DNA of 64,000 bases. Origin: an uncultured Gemmatimonadales bacterium (GTDB taxonomy: Bacteria; Gemmatimonadota; Gemmatimonadetes; Longimicrobiales; RSA9). Location of the stretch: assembly GCA_963741945.1 (NCBI GenBank), contig CAVUKA010000005.1, positions 320,001 through 384,000 on the forward strand. The letters are read 5' to 3'. Positions 1-9,628 of the stretch are shown piece by piece. The notes below the pieces were generated by a model. That model was not told the DNA's origin and ran no database searches. It was given only the letters and a program-made list of their open reading frames with translations. The first letter of the stretch is position 1; every line of letters starts with the position of its first letter. The translations under genes and the position numbers were made by a program.

Positions 1-1
1 T

Positions 2-880
2 CATCATTTCACGGTCGATGTCGAGGAGTACTTCCAGGTGGTGGCGCTGGCGCCGCACGTGTCCCGCGACGCGTGGCCGACGCTGCCGTCGCGGGTGGAA
101 GCTTCCGTCGACCTGATCCTCGAGCGGCTGGCCGGGGTCGGCGCCACGGGCACGTTCTTCGTCCTGGGCTGGATCGCCGAGCGGCACCCGGAGCTGGTGC
201 GCCGGATCGGCGACGCCGGTCACGAGATCGCGTCGCACGGCCAGGCGCACCGGCGCGTCACGGAGTTGACGCCCGCGGAGCTGCGGGAGAGCGTGCGGCG
301 GAGCCGTGCGGTGCTCGAGGATGCCGCGGGGCGGCCCGTCGTCGGCTACCGGGCCCCGAGCTTCAGCATCACGCCCGGCATGGAATGGGCGCTCGAGATC
401 CTGCTGGAGGAGGGGTATCGCTACGACTCGTCACTCTTCCCCGTCCGGCGACGCGGCTACGGCTACCCTGGCGGCCGGCGCGAGCCCCACCGGCTCGAGC
501 TGAGCGCCGGCACGCTGCACGAGGTCCCGCCCACCACGCTCCGGCTGGGCGGCGCTGTGCTGCCGGCCGCCGGCGGCGCGTATTTCCGGCTGCTGCCGTA
601 CGGCCTGGTGAGCGCCGGTCTGCGTCAGGCGGAGCGGGCGGGCCATCCCGGCACGTTCTACATCCACCCGTGGGAGCTGGACCCCGGTCAGCCCCGGCTC
701 CCCGTCCCGCCGGCCACACGCGTCCGGCACTACGGCGGTGTGCGAGGAACCGAGCGCAAGCTCCGCAAGCTGCTGCGGGAGTTTCGCTTCCAGTCCATCG
801 CCACTACACTCGACGCGGGCTCGCCCGGCGCGCGCCCGGCGTCGCCTCGCAACCCCGAACCCCGATGCTCCAGCTCGTGA
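2..880 (+). CDS. Polysaccharide deacetylase, exosortase A/PEP-CTERM-associated type (5' truncated by window edge)
   Basis: Frame is open from base 2 (HHFTVDVEEYFQV). NodB-type motifs TFFVLGW, HEIASHG-x-H, GYRAPSFS, YDSS and C-terminal FYIHPWELDP. Confidence 0.9.
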   Translation, partial: HHFTVDVEEYFQVVALAPHVSRDAWPTLPSRVEASVDLILERLAGVGATGTFFVLGWIAERHPELVRRIGDAGHEIASHGQAHRRVTELTPAELRESVRRSRAVLEDAAGRPVVGYRAPSFSITPGMEWALEILLEEGYRYDSSLFPVRRRGYGYPGGRREPHRLELSAGTLHEVPPTTLRLGGAVLPAAGGAYFRLLPYGLVSAGLRQAERAGHPGTFYIHPWELDPGQPRLPVPPATRVRHYGGVRGTERKLRKLLREFRFQSIATTLDAGSPGARPASPRNPEPRCSSS

Positions 881-1917
881 AGCCCAGCCGCACCCTCTAC
901 ATCGACACCGCCGGCTACTCCGACGCCCGGCGATGGGACGACTTCGTCCGCTCCCGCCCGGAGTCCACGTTCTGCCAGTTGCACGGCTGGCGCCCCATCG
1001 TCGAGGAGATCCTCGGCCACGAGACCCGCTACCTCATGGCGCGCGCGGGCGACGCCAGCGTCGCCGGCGTCCTCCCGCTCGTGCGGGTCCGGAGCCGCCT
1101 GTTCGGCGACTACCTCATGAGCATGCCCTTCCTCAATTACGGAGGGCCGCTGGGCGACGAGGACGCCGTCGAGCTCCTCGTCCGGCACGCCCGGGACGTG
1201 GCAGAAGCTGCCGACGTGGACCTCCTCGAGCTGCGCGCCCGCTCCCCGCTCCCGGGCGACCTGGACACGTCCGACCGCAAGATCACCGTCCTCCTCGACC
1301 TCCCGTCCGACCCCGAGGAGCTGTGGAAGGCGCTCAGGTCCAAAGTGCGCAGCCAGGTGCGGCGCCCGATGAAGGAAGGCATGGAAGTGCGCACGGACCT
1401 GGACCAGATCCGCCCGTTCTACGACATCTACTGCCGCAACATGCGCGACCTCGGCACGCCCGTGCTGCCGCTGAGCTTCTTCACCCGCGTGCTCCACCTC
1501 TTCGAGGACCACATCACGTTCGCCGCCGTCTACCACGAGGGGAAGGCCGTGGCCGCCGGCGCCGGCATCACGCACGGCAGCGAGTTCGAGATCACCTGGG
1601 CCTCGGCGCTCCGCGAGTACAGCCGCATGGCGCCCAACATGCTCCTGTACTGGAGCCTCATGGAGGAGATGAGCCGGCGAGGGCTGGAGACGTTCAACTT
1701 CGGCCGCTGCACCCCCGGCGGCGGCACCCACCGCTTCAAGAGCCAGTGGGGCGGCCGCGACGTACCGCTGCCATGGGCGCAGTGGTCCCCGGATGGCGTC
1801 GACGCCACCCCGTCGCCCGACTCCCCGAAGTACCGGCTCGCCACGAGCATCTGGCAGAAGCTGCCGCTCGCCGTGACCAACCGGCTCGGGCCCGTGCTGG
1901 CGAGGAGCCTGCCGTAG
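865..1917 (+). CDS. FemAB-related (GNAT) protein, PEP-CTERM system-associated
   Basis: ATG 865 within ORF 73..1917. Motifs SMPFLNYGG, KVRSQVR, RNMRDLGTP, APNMLLYW, FNFGR, FKSQWG. Confidence 0.88.
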   Translation: MLQLVKPSRTLYIDTAGYSDARRWDDFVRSRPESTFCQLHGWRPIVEEILGHETRYLMARAGDASVAGVLPLVRVRSRLFGDYLMSMPFLNYGGPLGDEDAVELLVRHARDVAEAADVDLLELRARSPLPGDLDTSDRKITVLLDLPSDPEELWKALRSKVRSQVRRPMKEGMEVRTDLDQIRPFYDIYCRNMRDLGTPVLPLSFFTRVLHLFEDHITFAAVYHEGKAVAAGAGITHGSEFEITWASALREYSRMAPNMLLYWSLMEEMSRRGLETFNFGRCTPGGGTHRFKSQWGGRDVPLPWAQWSPDGVDATPSPDSPKYRLATSIWQKLPLAVTNRLGPVLARSLP

Positions 1918-1924
1918 GCGACGC

Positions 1925-3037
1925 ATGGCGCCGTCATCCCGCCGGGTCCTGGCCGGCTTCGCGGCCGCCGCGGCCACCGCGGTCATCCTCGCCCTCACGC
2001 TCCAGCCCGCTTCCGCCGCGGTCGATACGCGGGAAGTGCTGACCACCACCTGCATCATCTGCGGCTCCCGAGGCACCGCCGACGCCATCCTGAACGTCTT
2101 CCTCTTCGCCCCCTTCGGCGCCGCGCTGGTGCTGGCCGGGTGGCGAGTCGGGTGGGTGGTCCTGACCGCGGCCCTCCTCTCCACCGGCATCGAGGCCACG
2201 CAGCTCGGGCTGGTCGGGCGCTACGCGTCGGTGGGGGACGTGATCTGGAACACCACCGGCGCCGCGCTCGCCGCGCTGCTCGCCGCCCGCGCGGGATCGA
2301 TCCGCGCGTGGGTCGTGACCCACCGCCGAGCCGCGGGAGCCGCGCTCGTCGCTCTACCCGTGGTCGTGGTCGGGGCCACCGCTTGGCTCCTGCTACCCGC
2401 GCCGCAGGAAGGCACCTACTACGGCCAGTGGACGGCCGACCTGGGACCGTCGTTGGGCGTGTACCGGGGACGGATCTTCCAGGCGACGATCGGCGACCAG
2501 CCCGCTCCCTCCCGGCGGCTCCGGGACTCCGCAGCTTCCCGCCGGGCCATCCTCGCCGGCGAGCCGATCCGGCTCCGCTTCGTGGCCGGCGCTCCACCCG
2601 CGCGCCTCGCGCCGATCTTCAGCATCTACGACGGGCGCCACCACGAGGTGCTGCTGCTGGGGGCGGAAGGGGACGACATGGTGCTGCGGATCCGGCGGAA
2701 GGCGGAAGCGTTGCGCCTGGATGAGCCGACTCTCCGGTGGCGCGGTGCGCTGGCGGGGATCGCGCCCGGAGACACCATCACCGCCGCGCTCCGCCGGTCC
2801 GGGCCCTGGGGCTTCTGCCTGAAGGTGACCCGTCCCGGGCCCTCGGCCGACGGCTGCGCGGAGGTGGGGGCGTGGCGGGGATGGGCGCTGCTGGCGGATC
2901 CGTCCGACGCGCCTCCGTGGATGCGGTCGGCGGCCGACGTCGTCTGGGTGCTGGCCGGTGTCGCCGTGGCGGCGCTGGGGCTGTGGATCCTGCGAAGACC
3001 CCCCGCGCTCAGCCAGCGCCCGCCCGGCGACGCGTAG
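1925..3037 (+). CDS. VanZ-family membrane protein with large extracytoplasmic loop
   Basis: VanZ pattern D-xx-LNVFLFAPFG...IEATQ...GR-x-ASVGDVIWNTTG; several hydrophobic helices. Confidence 0.75.
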   Translation: MAPSSRRVLAGFAAAAATAVILALTLQPASAAVDTREVLTTTCIICGSRGTADAILNVFLFAPFGAALVLAGWRVGWVVLTAALLSTGIEATQLGLVGRYASVGDVIWNTTGAALAALLAARAGSIRAWVVTHRRAAGAALVALPVVVVGATAWLLLPAPQEGTYYGQWTADLGPSLGVYRGRIFQATIGDQPAPSRRLRDSAASRRAILAGEPIRLRFVAGAPPARLAPIFSIYDGRHHEVLLLGAEGDDMVLRIRRKAEALRLDEPTLRWRGALAGIAPGDTITAALRRSGPWGFCLKVTRPGPSADGCAEVGAWRGWALLADPSDAPPWMRSAADVVWVLAGVAVAALGLWILRRPPALSQRPPGDA

Positions 3038-4196
3038 GCTCCCACACCGCCTGACGGCTGCCACTGAGCAGTCCGAGGAACGCGCGCATCGCCGCCACGT
3101 TCCCCATGAGCCCGTACGTCAGGGTCCCCACGGGCGACGGGAGCACGCGCCCGCGCGCCGCCCTGGTCCATCCCCAGGCCGCCACGGCCAGCCCCGCCGT
3201 CCCCAGCCCGGCAAGTGCGGCGGCCCACGCGTGGGCCCGCGCCAGCACCACCAGCGCCGCGAACGCGGCCACCCCCGCCCATGGCAGCGCCCAGCGCGCC
3301 ACCTTGTGGCTCCACAGCATCCATGCGAAGACGGGATGCCGGAACGGGTTCAGCAGGTGGCGCTTGTACCAGAGCGTGTGCATCCCCCGCTCGATGGTCC
3401 GGACCTTCCGCCGGTACTCCCGCTGGAGCGAGTCGGTGCGGGGTACGTAGCAGACCGCTTCCGGCACCGACACTGCCCGGTAGCCGTTCTCCTCCGCGTG
3501 CAGCGCGGCGGCGAAATCGCGACTCAGGTCACGCGGCAGCGGCCAGCGGTGCAGGTCCGTCCGGATGGCATAGAGGGAGCCGGACGCGCCCACGATGCCG
3601 TGCAGCCGGGTCTCCGCGTCGCGCACCGCCATCTCGTAGCCCACGTACCCCGCCTCGCCGGCGTTCTGCTCGCGCTCCGCGTGCGAAACACTCACGTCCC
3701 TCCCCGACGCCACGCCCACCGACGCGTCGCGGAAGCGGGACACCAGCGGCTTGATGGCGTCAGGAGCGATGCGGATCGATGCGTCCGTGTTGATCACGAT
3801 GCCGCCCCGGACGTGCTCCGCCGCCAGCTCCTCGGCGGCCGTCTTCCCCCGCCGCTCCGGCTGTCGCACCAGCTCCACACCCCTGTCCGCGTACGCCCGC
3901 ACGATCCCGTCGGTGCCGTCCGTGGACGCGTCGGACACGACGATGATCTGCCGACGGTCCGCCGGGTAGTCGATGGCGAGGAGCGCTTCGATGGTCCCCG
4001 CGATCTCCGCCTCTTCGTTGTACGCGGGGACGCTGAAGGAGATGAACGGCCATTCACCCGGCGCCTCGAGCTCCCCATCCCTCGGGCGGCCTCCGCGCCG
4101 GAACCGGGCCAGCACGCCCACCAGGAAGGGGTACCCCGCGTAGGTGTAGAGAGCCAGGAGCACGGCACACGCGAGAACGGCGTAGGCAACGCTCAT
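3009..4196 (-). CDS. Glycosyltransferase family 2 with membrane helices
   Basis: Start MSVAY at 4196, ATGA overlap with the upstream gene. Motifs YTYAGYP, PAYNEE, SDASTDGT, GK, TDA, GASGSLYAIR, EYRRKVR. Confidence 0.9.
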   Translation of the reverse strand: MSVAYAVLACAVLLALYTYAGYPFLVGVLARFRRGGRPRDGELEAPGEWPFISFSVPAYNEEAEIAGTIEALLAIDYPADRRQIIVVSDASTDGTDGIVRAYADRGVELVRQPERRGKTAAEELAAEHVRGGIVINTDASIRIAPDAIKPLVSRFRDASVGVASGRDVSVSHAEREQNAGEAGYVGYEMAVRDAETRLHGIVGASGSLYAIRTDLHRWPLPRDLSRDFAAALHAEENGYRAVSVPEAVCYVPRTDSLQREYRRKVRTIERGMHTLWYKRHLLNPFRHPVFAWMLWSHKVARWALPWAGVAAFAALVVLARAHAWAAALAGLGTAGLAVAAWGWTRAARGRVLPSPVGTLTYGLMGNVAAMRAFLGLLSGSRQAVWEPTRRRAGAG

Positions 4197-5332
4197 CGGT
4201 CGCGCCGCCTCCGCTCCATTGCGCTCCGGTACACCCTCTGGTACGCCTCCACCCACTGCTCCGCCCCGAACTCCCGCTCCAGCCGCTGCTTCGCCGCTTC
4301 CGCCCGGGCCCGCGCCGCCCCGGGATCGTCGCGCACGGCCCGGATCGCCGCGGCCAGCGCCGCCGGATCCTCCGGCGGCACCAGCAGCGCCTCCCGCGGC
4401 CCGACCACGTCCGGCACCCCGCCGACCCGCGTCGCCACGATCGGCACTCCGGCGTGCATGGCTTCCAGCAGGACCATGGGCGTCCCTTCCGTCCGTGAGC
4501 TGAGGACGAACACGTCGAATGCGCGGAACAGCGTGTCCGCGCCGTGGATGACGCCGTGCCACCGCACCGGCGGCGCGGATGTCACGGACTGCGCCTCGAG
4601 CGCGGCACGGAGCGGACCATCGCCGATGACCGACGCCTCGAAGCCCTCATCCCCCAGGCGCCGCAGCGCGTCCAGCAGCACATCCGGCCCCTTCTCCCGA
4701 CTCACCCGGCCCACCCACCCGATACGGAACTCCGGCTGGACGCCGAGCCGGGCGCGAGCCGAGTCCCGGTCGAGCAAAGGCGCCGTCGCGAGCCAACCGT
4801 TCCGCACCACATGGAGACGATCGGGAGACACGCCCGAAGCTTCGACTCCCTTTCGCATGGGTTCACTGACGACCACGATGCCATCCAGGTGCCTGGCTGT
4901 GCGCCGCTGGAGTCGCTCGTAAAGCCGATTCCGCAAGCTGCCACCAGTGAATCCGTGCAACGTGGTGACCGCCGCGAGGCCCGCACGCCTCGCCGCGGGG
5001 GCATCCACCACATCGGCGCGATAACCATGGCTATGGACAATATCTGCCCCCGTCGCACGTGCGTGTGCGACCACGGCCTTGCGCTCGGTTAGATAAGCCC
5101 GTCTGCTCCGCAGTGGCAGCTGGAAAACTCGAACCTCGTTGCGGTCTAGGGATGCGAGGATGGGATGCGCGGTGACACGACCCGTAGTCACAGCAAGCAC
5201 GGCCGGCTCCAAGCCGGCACGGCGCTGCGCCACTGCGAGCGCCTCCACCACTCGGAACTGCCCTCCGACGACGCCCATTTCGAAGGCATGGAGGACGCGA
5301 CACGGCTCCGGGCCGTTCACGGGCCCGCACAC
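4193..5332 (-). CDS. Glycosyltransferase family 4
   Basis: Motifs VHSHG, TLHG, RNG, VGRVSREKG, SSRTEGTPMVLLEAM. Confidence 0.9.
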   Translation of the reverse strand: MCGPVNGPEPCRVLHAFEMGVVGGQFRVVEALAVAQRRAGLEPAVLAVTTGRVTAHPILASLDRNEVRVFQLPLRSRRAYLTERKAVVAHARATGADIVHSHGYRADVVDAPAARRAGLAAVTTLHGFTGGSLRNRLYERLQRRTARHLDGIVVVSEPMRKGVEASGVSPDRLHVVRNGWLATAPLLDRDSARARLGVQPEFRIGWVGRVSREKGPDVLLDALRRLGDEGFEASVIGDGPLRAALEAQSVTSAPPVRWHGVIHGADTLFRAFDVFVLSSRTEGTPMVLLEAMHAGVPIVATRVGGVPDVVGPREALLVPPEDPAALAAAIRAVRDDPGAARARAEAAKQRLEREFGAEQWVEAYQRVYRSAMERRRRDR

Positions 5333-5704
5333 CAGGGCGCCCGGCGGAGGATAGGCCTCGACCCCTGCATGACAGTCTTCATACCCTCCCCGCGGTCGCG
5401 GACTTCAGATCGGGAAATCTGCATGATGGCAGCGCAGAATACACAGCTCCAGCCAGCAGAGAGCGCCGTCTGTGAGCTCGCAAGCCGGTGCATCCGACAA
5501 TGATCGCATCATCATATTCGTGGTCGCAGTTCGCTGCCAGCAGCGGCCAAGCGGTGAAGCCTGGACTTCGCCTCGAACTCGCTGCATACGGACCGGAGCC
5601 GTGGGTATCTCACGATCGTGGAAAGAAGCGATCAGGGGCACCCGCGTGGCGGGTGCCCCTGATCGCTACGGCTGGGGCATACGGCTGGAGCAGGTTCGAG
5701 CGTG

Positions 5705-8167
5705 TCACCAACCGGGATCGGCCGTGTAAACCTTGAAGTTGTCCTCGAAGATTTGCGTGGCCTCCTCGAACCCGCTGTTCGCCGCACCCCACAGGTACCC
5801 GGCCTCGAAATACGGCGCGGGCGTGTCTGTCCCGCCCTCCGGGTACAGGTTGAGTCCACTCTGGTCGAAGATGAGGGCGCTTCCTATCCACGCCTGAATG
5901 ACACCCTCACCGGGACCGGACCCCACTTTGACGTGAAGCCGGAATGTGGTGTACTGGCCGCGCAACAGCGCGGTCCCCGAACTCGCGATGCCGGGGCTGA
6001 CGTATGTGGCCGTGCCGCCAACGTTGCTAGTGCCCAGGTTGTACGAGGAGGGCCCGCCGCTGGGGTTTGCCAGGAACCGGAACTTCGAGTCTCCCGTCTC
6101 CATACCAGAGGTGTTGTCCGGACGGAACTCGATAACGAGCTTGGCTCGGTTGTCACCTCCATACTCCCGTCCCCACAGTGCAAAGAACTTGTTGTTGTTG
6201 TGACCGTCGGGCGGTGTGATGTGCCTGTAGTTGGCGCCAATGTAGATGTGGCGTTCGATCCAAAGCTCGGAGTAGTGGCCGCGGAGGTTGAAGTTCGCTT
6301 CGTTGTTGGCATTGCCACCCGGAAGGGTGGAGGCCGGATAGCTCCGATCCAGTGCGTAGCTGCCGGTTTCAGGCTGGACCGTGGAACGATGGTTAGCCAA
6401 GCCGGAAACCCAGGAAAATCCCGAAGGCGCACCGAAATAGTCAGCATTCTCGAAGCCGTCGGTCACTATCAACCCGGTTGGCGCTTGACTCTCGTGAACG
6501 TCGATCGTAGCCGACGCAGACAAACCAGAGAACGAGCCACGTACGATGGCGGACCCCGCCGCCACCCCGCGGACGAGTCCCGCATCCATAATCATGGCCA
6601 CTGCCGGGTTCGAACTGGCCCACGTTGGAGTGGCGGTCATCGTGTTGCCGTTGGCGTCTTGTACGACGGTCGCCAACTGCACCGCCTCCCCCACGGCTAG
6701 AGAGGACACTGTGGGCGATAAAGTGATCGTCGCCGCCACCTGGTGGACCGTGACTGCCACCGTATCCGCGGCCGAGCAGCAAAGCGCTGCCACGACCACG
6801 GACGCGGTCCCGACGCTGCGGGCTGTCAAGAGTCCCATGCTATCCACCGTGACCACTGAGGCGTTCGAGCTCGACCACCCGAAGCTAACCTCACTCACCG
6901 TTCCTCCGGAACCGTCGAGCGCCGTGGCGCTCAGGCGAGCGGTGTCGCCGAGGGCCGTGAATGCGAGCGCGGCCTTGCTGACCTGGACCCGCGCCACGTC
7001 GACAGTCGGTGGGGGCGGTGTCGTCGCCACGACGTTGACACTGGCCTTGCCCGACAGCGTTCCGGCTTTCGCCGTGATCGTGGCGGAGCCCGCGCCCACT
7101 CCCTTCACCTTGCCATCGGAGCCGACCGTTGCCGCCGCTGCGTTGCTCGACGAGAACGTGGCGCCGCCGACCGGGTGCCCCTGATTGTCCTTGACGGACA
7201 GCTGGACGGTCTGACCCACGTCCACGCTGACCTCGCCAGGATCGAGCACGAGGCTGGTGGCCGGGGGCGGTGAAACGGTGATGGCGATCTGATCCGACTT
7301 CCCGCAGCACGGCGCGCTCACGGTGATGGTCGCGCTCCCATCGGCCACGGCCGTGATCCGGCCGTTCTTGTCGACGGTCGCTACGGACGCGTTGGAGCTG
7401 CTCCAGTCGAACGCGATGCCGTGGACCACGTTGCCGCTGGCGTCGAGCGCGTCCGCACTGGCGTCGAGCACGTCGCCGAGGGCCTTGAACTGATAGCTGT
7501 CGACAGAGGCCCGGATCTCCGAAACCTCCGTGTTGGTCTTGCCGCGCACCTTGACGTCCGCCTGCGCCCGCACGGCGCCGACCGATACCTCGACGGCGGT
7601 GGTCCCTTCCCCCTTCGCCGAAACGACGCCATCGTCGCTCACCGCGGCCACCGTTCCGTCCTGGGTCGTGAAGGTGAGGCCCTGGATCGCGTTGCCATTC
7701 GCGTCCTCGGCCCGGGCGTCGATGCGCAGGGTGTCACCCACGTCCATCTCCGCCTGGTCAGGAGTGACGAGGAGAACGGTCGGAACCTGTTCGATCGTGA
7801 CTTCCACCTTCTTCGACACGTCGCAGCAGCGGGCCTTGACCGTGACCTGGGCCTGCCCCGTTGCCCTGGACGTCACCACCCCGGCGCCGCTGACCGCCGC
7901 GATCGCCGGATCGGTGCTCGACCACTGCAGATCGGGCTCGGCAATCGGGTCACCGATCGCGTTCAGGACCGTGGCCGTCAACTGTCTCGAATCGCTGAGC
8001 GCGGTGAAATGCACCGAGCTCGTGTTCACCTGCAGATCAGCCTGGAGCTGAGGCTCGAGAAAGCTGTCACATGCGGTCATTCCCGCGAACGCCAGTACGG
8101 CGCCCAGGAGGCTGATGATCTTATGGAAATGGATCCGGCCGGTCTCGCTCGCCAGGGTCGGCATCAA
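5705..8167 (-). CDS. Lipoprotein with six bacterial Ig-like (Big_2) repeats and a C-terminal jelly-roll/polysaccharide-lyase-like domain
   Basis: Lipobox-like AGMTAC after a hydrophobic stretch. Repeated WSSS(N/D)xxVA-x-V-xxxG-x-(V/I) units. C-terminal domain runs from DGFE to DNFKVY. Start position uncertain. Confidence 0.75.
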   Translation of the reverse strand: MMPTLASETGRIHFHKIISLLGAVLAFAGMTACDSFLEPQLQADLQVNTSSVHFTALSDSRQLTATVLNAIGDPIAEPDLQWSSTDPAIAAVSGAGVVTSRATGQAQVTVKARCCDVSKKVEVTIEQVPTVLLVTPDQAEMDVGDTLRIDARAEDANGNAIQGLTFTTQDGTVAAVSDDGVVSAKGEGTTAVEVSVGAVRAQADVKVRGKTNTEVSEIRASVDSYQFKALGDVLDASADALDASGNVVHGIAFDWSSSNASVATVDKNGRITAVADGSATITVSAPCCGKSDQIAITVSPPPATSLVLDPGEVSVDVGQTVQLSVKDNQGHPVGGATFSSSNAAAATVGSDGKVKGVGAGSATITAKAGTLSGKASVNVVATTPPPPTVDVARVQVSKAALAFTALGDTARLSATALDGSGGTVSEVSFGWSSSNASVVTVDSMGLLTARSVGTASVVVAALCCSAADTVAVTVHQVAATITLSPTVSSLAVGEAVQLATVVQDANGNTMTATPTWASSNPAVAMIMDAGLVRGVAAGSAIVRGSFSGLSASATIDVHESQAPTGLIVTDGFENADYFGAPSGFSWVSGLANHRSTVQPETGSYALDRSYPASTLPGGNANNEANFNLRGHYSELWIERHIYIGANYRHITPPDGHNNNKFFALWGREYGGDNRAKLVIEFRPDNTSGMETGDSKFRFLANPSGGPSSYNLGTSNVGGTATYVSPGIASSGTALLRGQYTTFRLHVKVGSGPGEGVIQAWIGSALIFDQSGLNLYPEGGTDTPAPYFEAGYLWGAANSGFEEATQIFEDNFKVYTADPGW

Positions 8168-8384
8168 CCCGGTCTCCTGAATTCATGAGGTGTCCCGATG
8201 TATTCATGGCAGTCGGACTGCCGCGGGCACCCAGGAGCAAGCGCGGTGCACGAGGAGAGAGTGAACGCTGAAGATGGCTGTACCACGGGCCGAATCAGCC
8301 CCGGGACCTCATTTGAGTCTGGAGTCCCGACTGCCGAAACGCGCAATCATTTCGGAACTGACGAACTGTTTTCCGGGCCCGACG

Positions 8385-9617
8385 TCAGCCGGAAAGGAGC
8401 TTCTCGTAGGCGGGAATCATGCTACGGCCGATCACTTCCCAATCGTACTGCTCCTCGGCGGTCTGGCGGGCGGCGTGGCCGAGCCGTGTCCGCAGAGAAG
8501 CATCGGTCAGAACCGAGCTGACCGCTGCGGCGAACTCTGCCGGATCGTCGCGAATCAGGATGTTCTCGCCATCACGGGCATCCAGTCCTTCACAGCCGAC
8601 GCTCGTGCTCACCACCGCTTTGCCCATGGCCCAGGCGTCCAGGACCTTCAGGCGCGTCCCCCCGCCCACGCGCAGGGGAACGACGTAGCAGGCCGCGCGC
8701 CCCACGTGCGGTTGGATCGAATCCACGTAACCCGTGAGCTCAATGCCGTGCTGGAGGCGATAACGCTCCCGCACGTGTTCGGGCGCACGGCCGAGCCAGC
8801 GGACGGGGACCCGCGGACCCTTCTGGCTCCGGATGACCGGCAGGATCTCTGTCGCGAAATAGTGCAGGGCATCGCGGTTCGGGAACCAGGTGTATCCGCC
8901 GACGAACACGATGCCGTCCTCACCGTCCGCCCGAGGGCGGAACAGTTGAGTGTCGACGCCGTTCGGGACCACCTGAACCCGAGCGCCTGGCGCGATCTCC
9001 TGGAGGGCGACGGCGTCTGCGGGGGAAACAGCGACGTTCAGGGCGACACGGGGAGCCCATCGGGCCTCCTCCCGCAGCATGAGCCCGGCCTGGTGGCGAA
9101 GGTACGAACGCCGAGTCCCGGACTGCTGCGCCGCCCGCCGGCGCAGCAGCTCCGACTCGATGTTGTGATGCGTGCAGATCGTCGGCACTCCATCGACCTC
9201 CGGCAGATACCCGGAGAGATCCAGGCTGTCCATGTGCACCAGCTCGAACTCCCCCGTGCGCACCAGGTCGCGCAGGCGCCGGCGAAACGGGTCCGAGCGG
9301 TACGCGTGCACCGTGTACACCCGTCCCGAGATGACGCTACGCAGGTGGTCCAGGAGCAACTGTGGTCGGGAGTGCTCCTGGGGGATCGGGAAGGCTTCCA
9401 CGCGCCCCAGCTCGTTCAATGCAGCGACGCTTCGCTCCACGTTCGGCGCAGTCGGATGGATCGCCCGTCGGTAAAAGCAGAGCGCGTGGACATGATACTG
9501 CCGTGCAAGGAGCCGAAAGATGTTGTACGTCCGGATCTGCACACCCCCGTCAGGGGGATAGGGGAGCGTCTGGGCCAGGAAGAGAATCTGCGGCTTGCCT
9601 CCTGCTACATTACTCAT
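8385..9617 (-). CDS. Glycosyltransferase family 4 (PEP-CTERM/EpsH-associated sugar transferase type)
   Basis: Motifs PYPPDGG-xx-IRTYN, HNIESEL, VPNGVD, PLRVGGGTRLKVLDAWAMG. Confidence 0.9.
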   Translation of the reverse strand: MSNVAGGKPQILFLAQTLPYPPDGGVQIRTYNIFRLLARQYHVHALCFYRRAIHPTAPNVERSVAALNELGRVEAFPIPQEHSRPQLLLDHLRSVISGRVYTVHAYRSDPFRRRLRDLVRTGEFELVHMDSLDLSGYLPEVDGVPTICTHHNIESELLRRRAAQQSGTRRSYLRHQAGLMLREEARWAPRVALNVAVSPADAVALQEIAPGARVQVVPNGVDTQLFRPRADGEDGIVFVGGYTWFPNRDALHYFATEILPVIRSQKGPRVPVRWLGRAPEHVRERYRLQHGIELTGYVDSIQPHVGRAACYVVPLRVGGGTRLKVLDAWAMGKAVVSTSVGCEGLDARDGENILIRDDPAEFAAAVSSVLTDASLRTRLGHAARQTAEEQYDWEVIGRSMIPAYEKLLSG

Positions 9618-9628
9618 GGTATCGGGCC

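Noticed and set aside
5333-5704. Small ORFs in the gaps 5333-5704, 8168-8384, 11042-11277 and 23506-23777
   Set aside because: No RBS, motif or codon-bias support; treated as intergenic.
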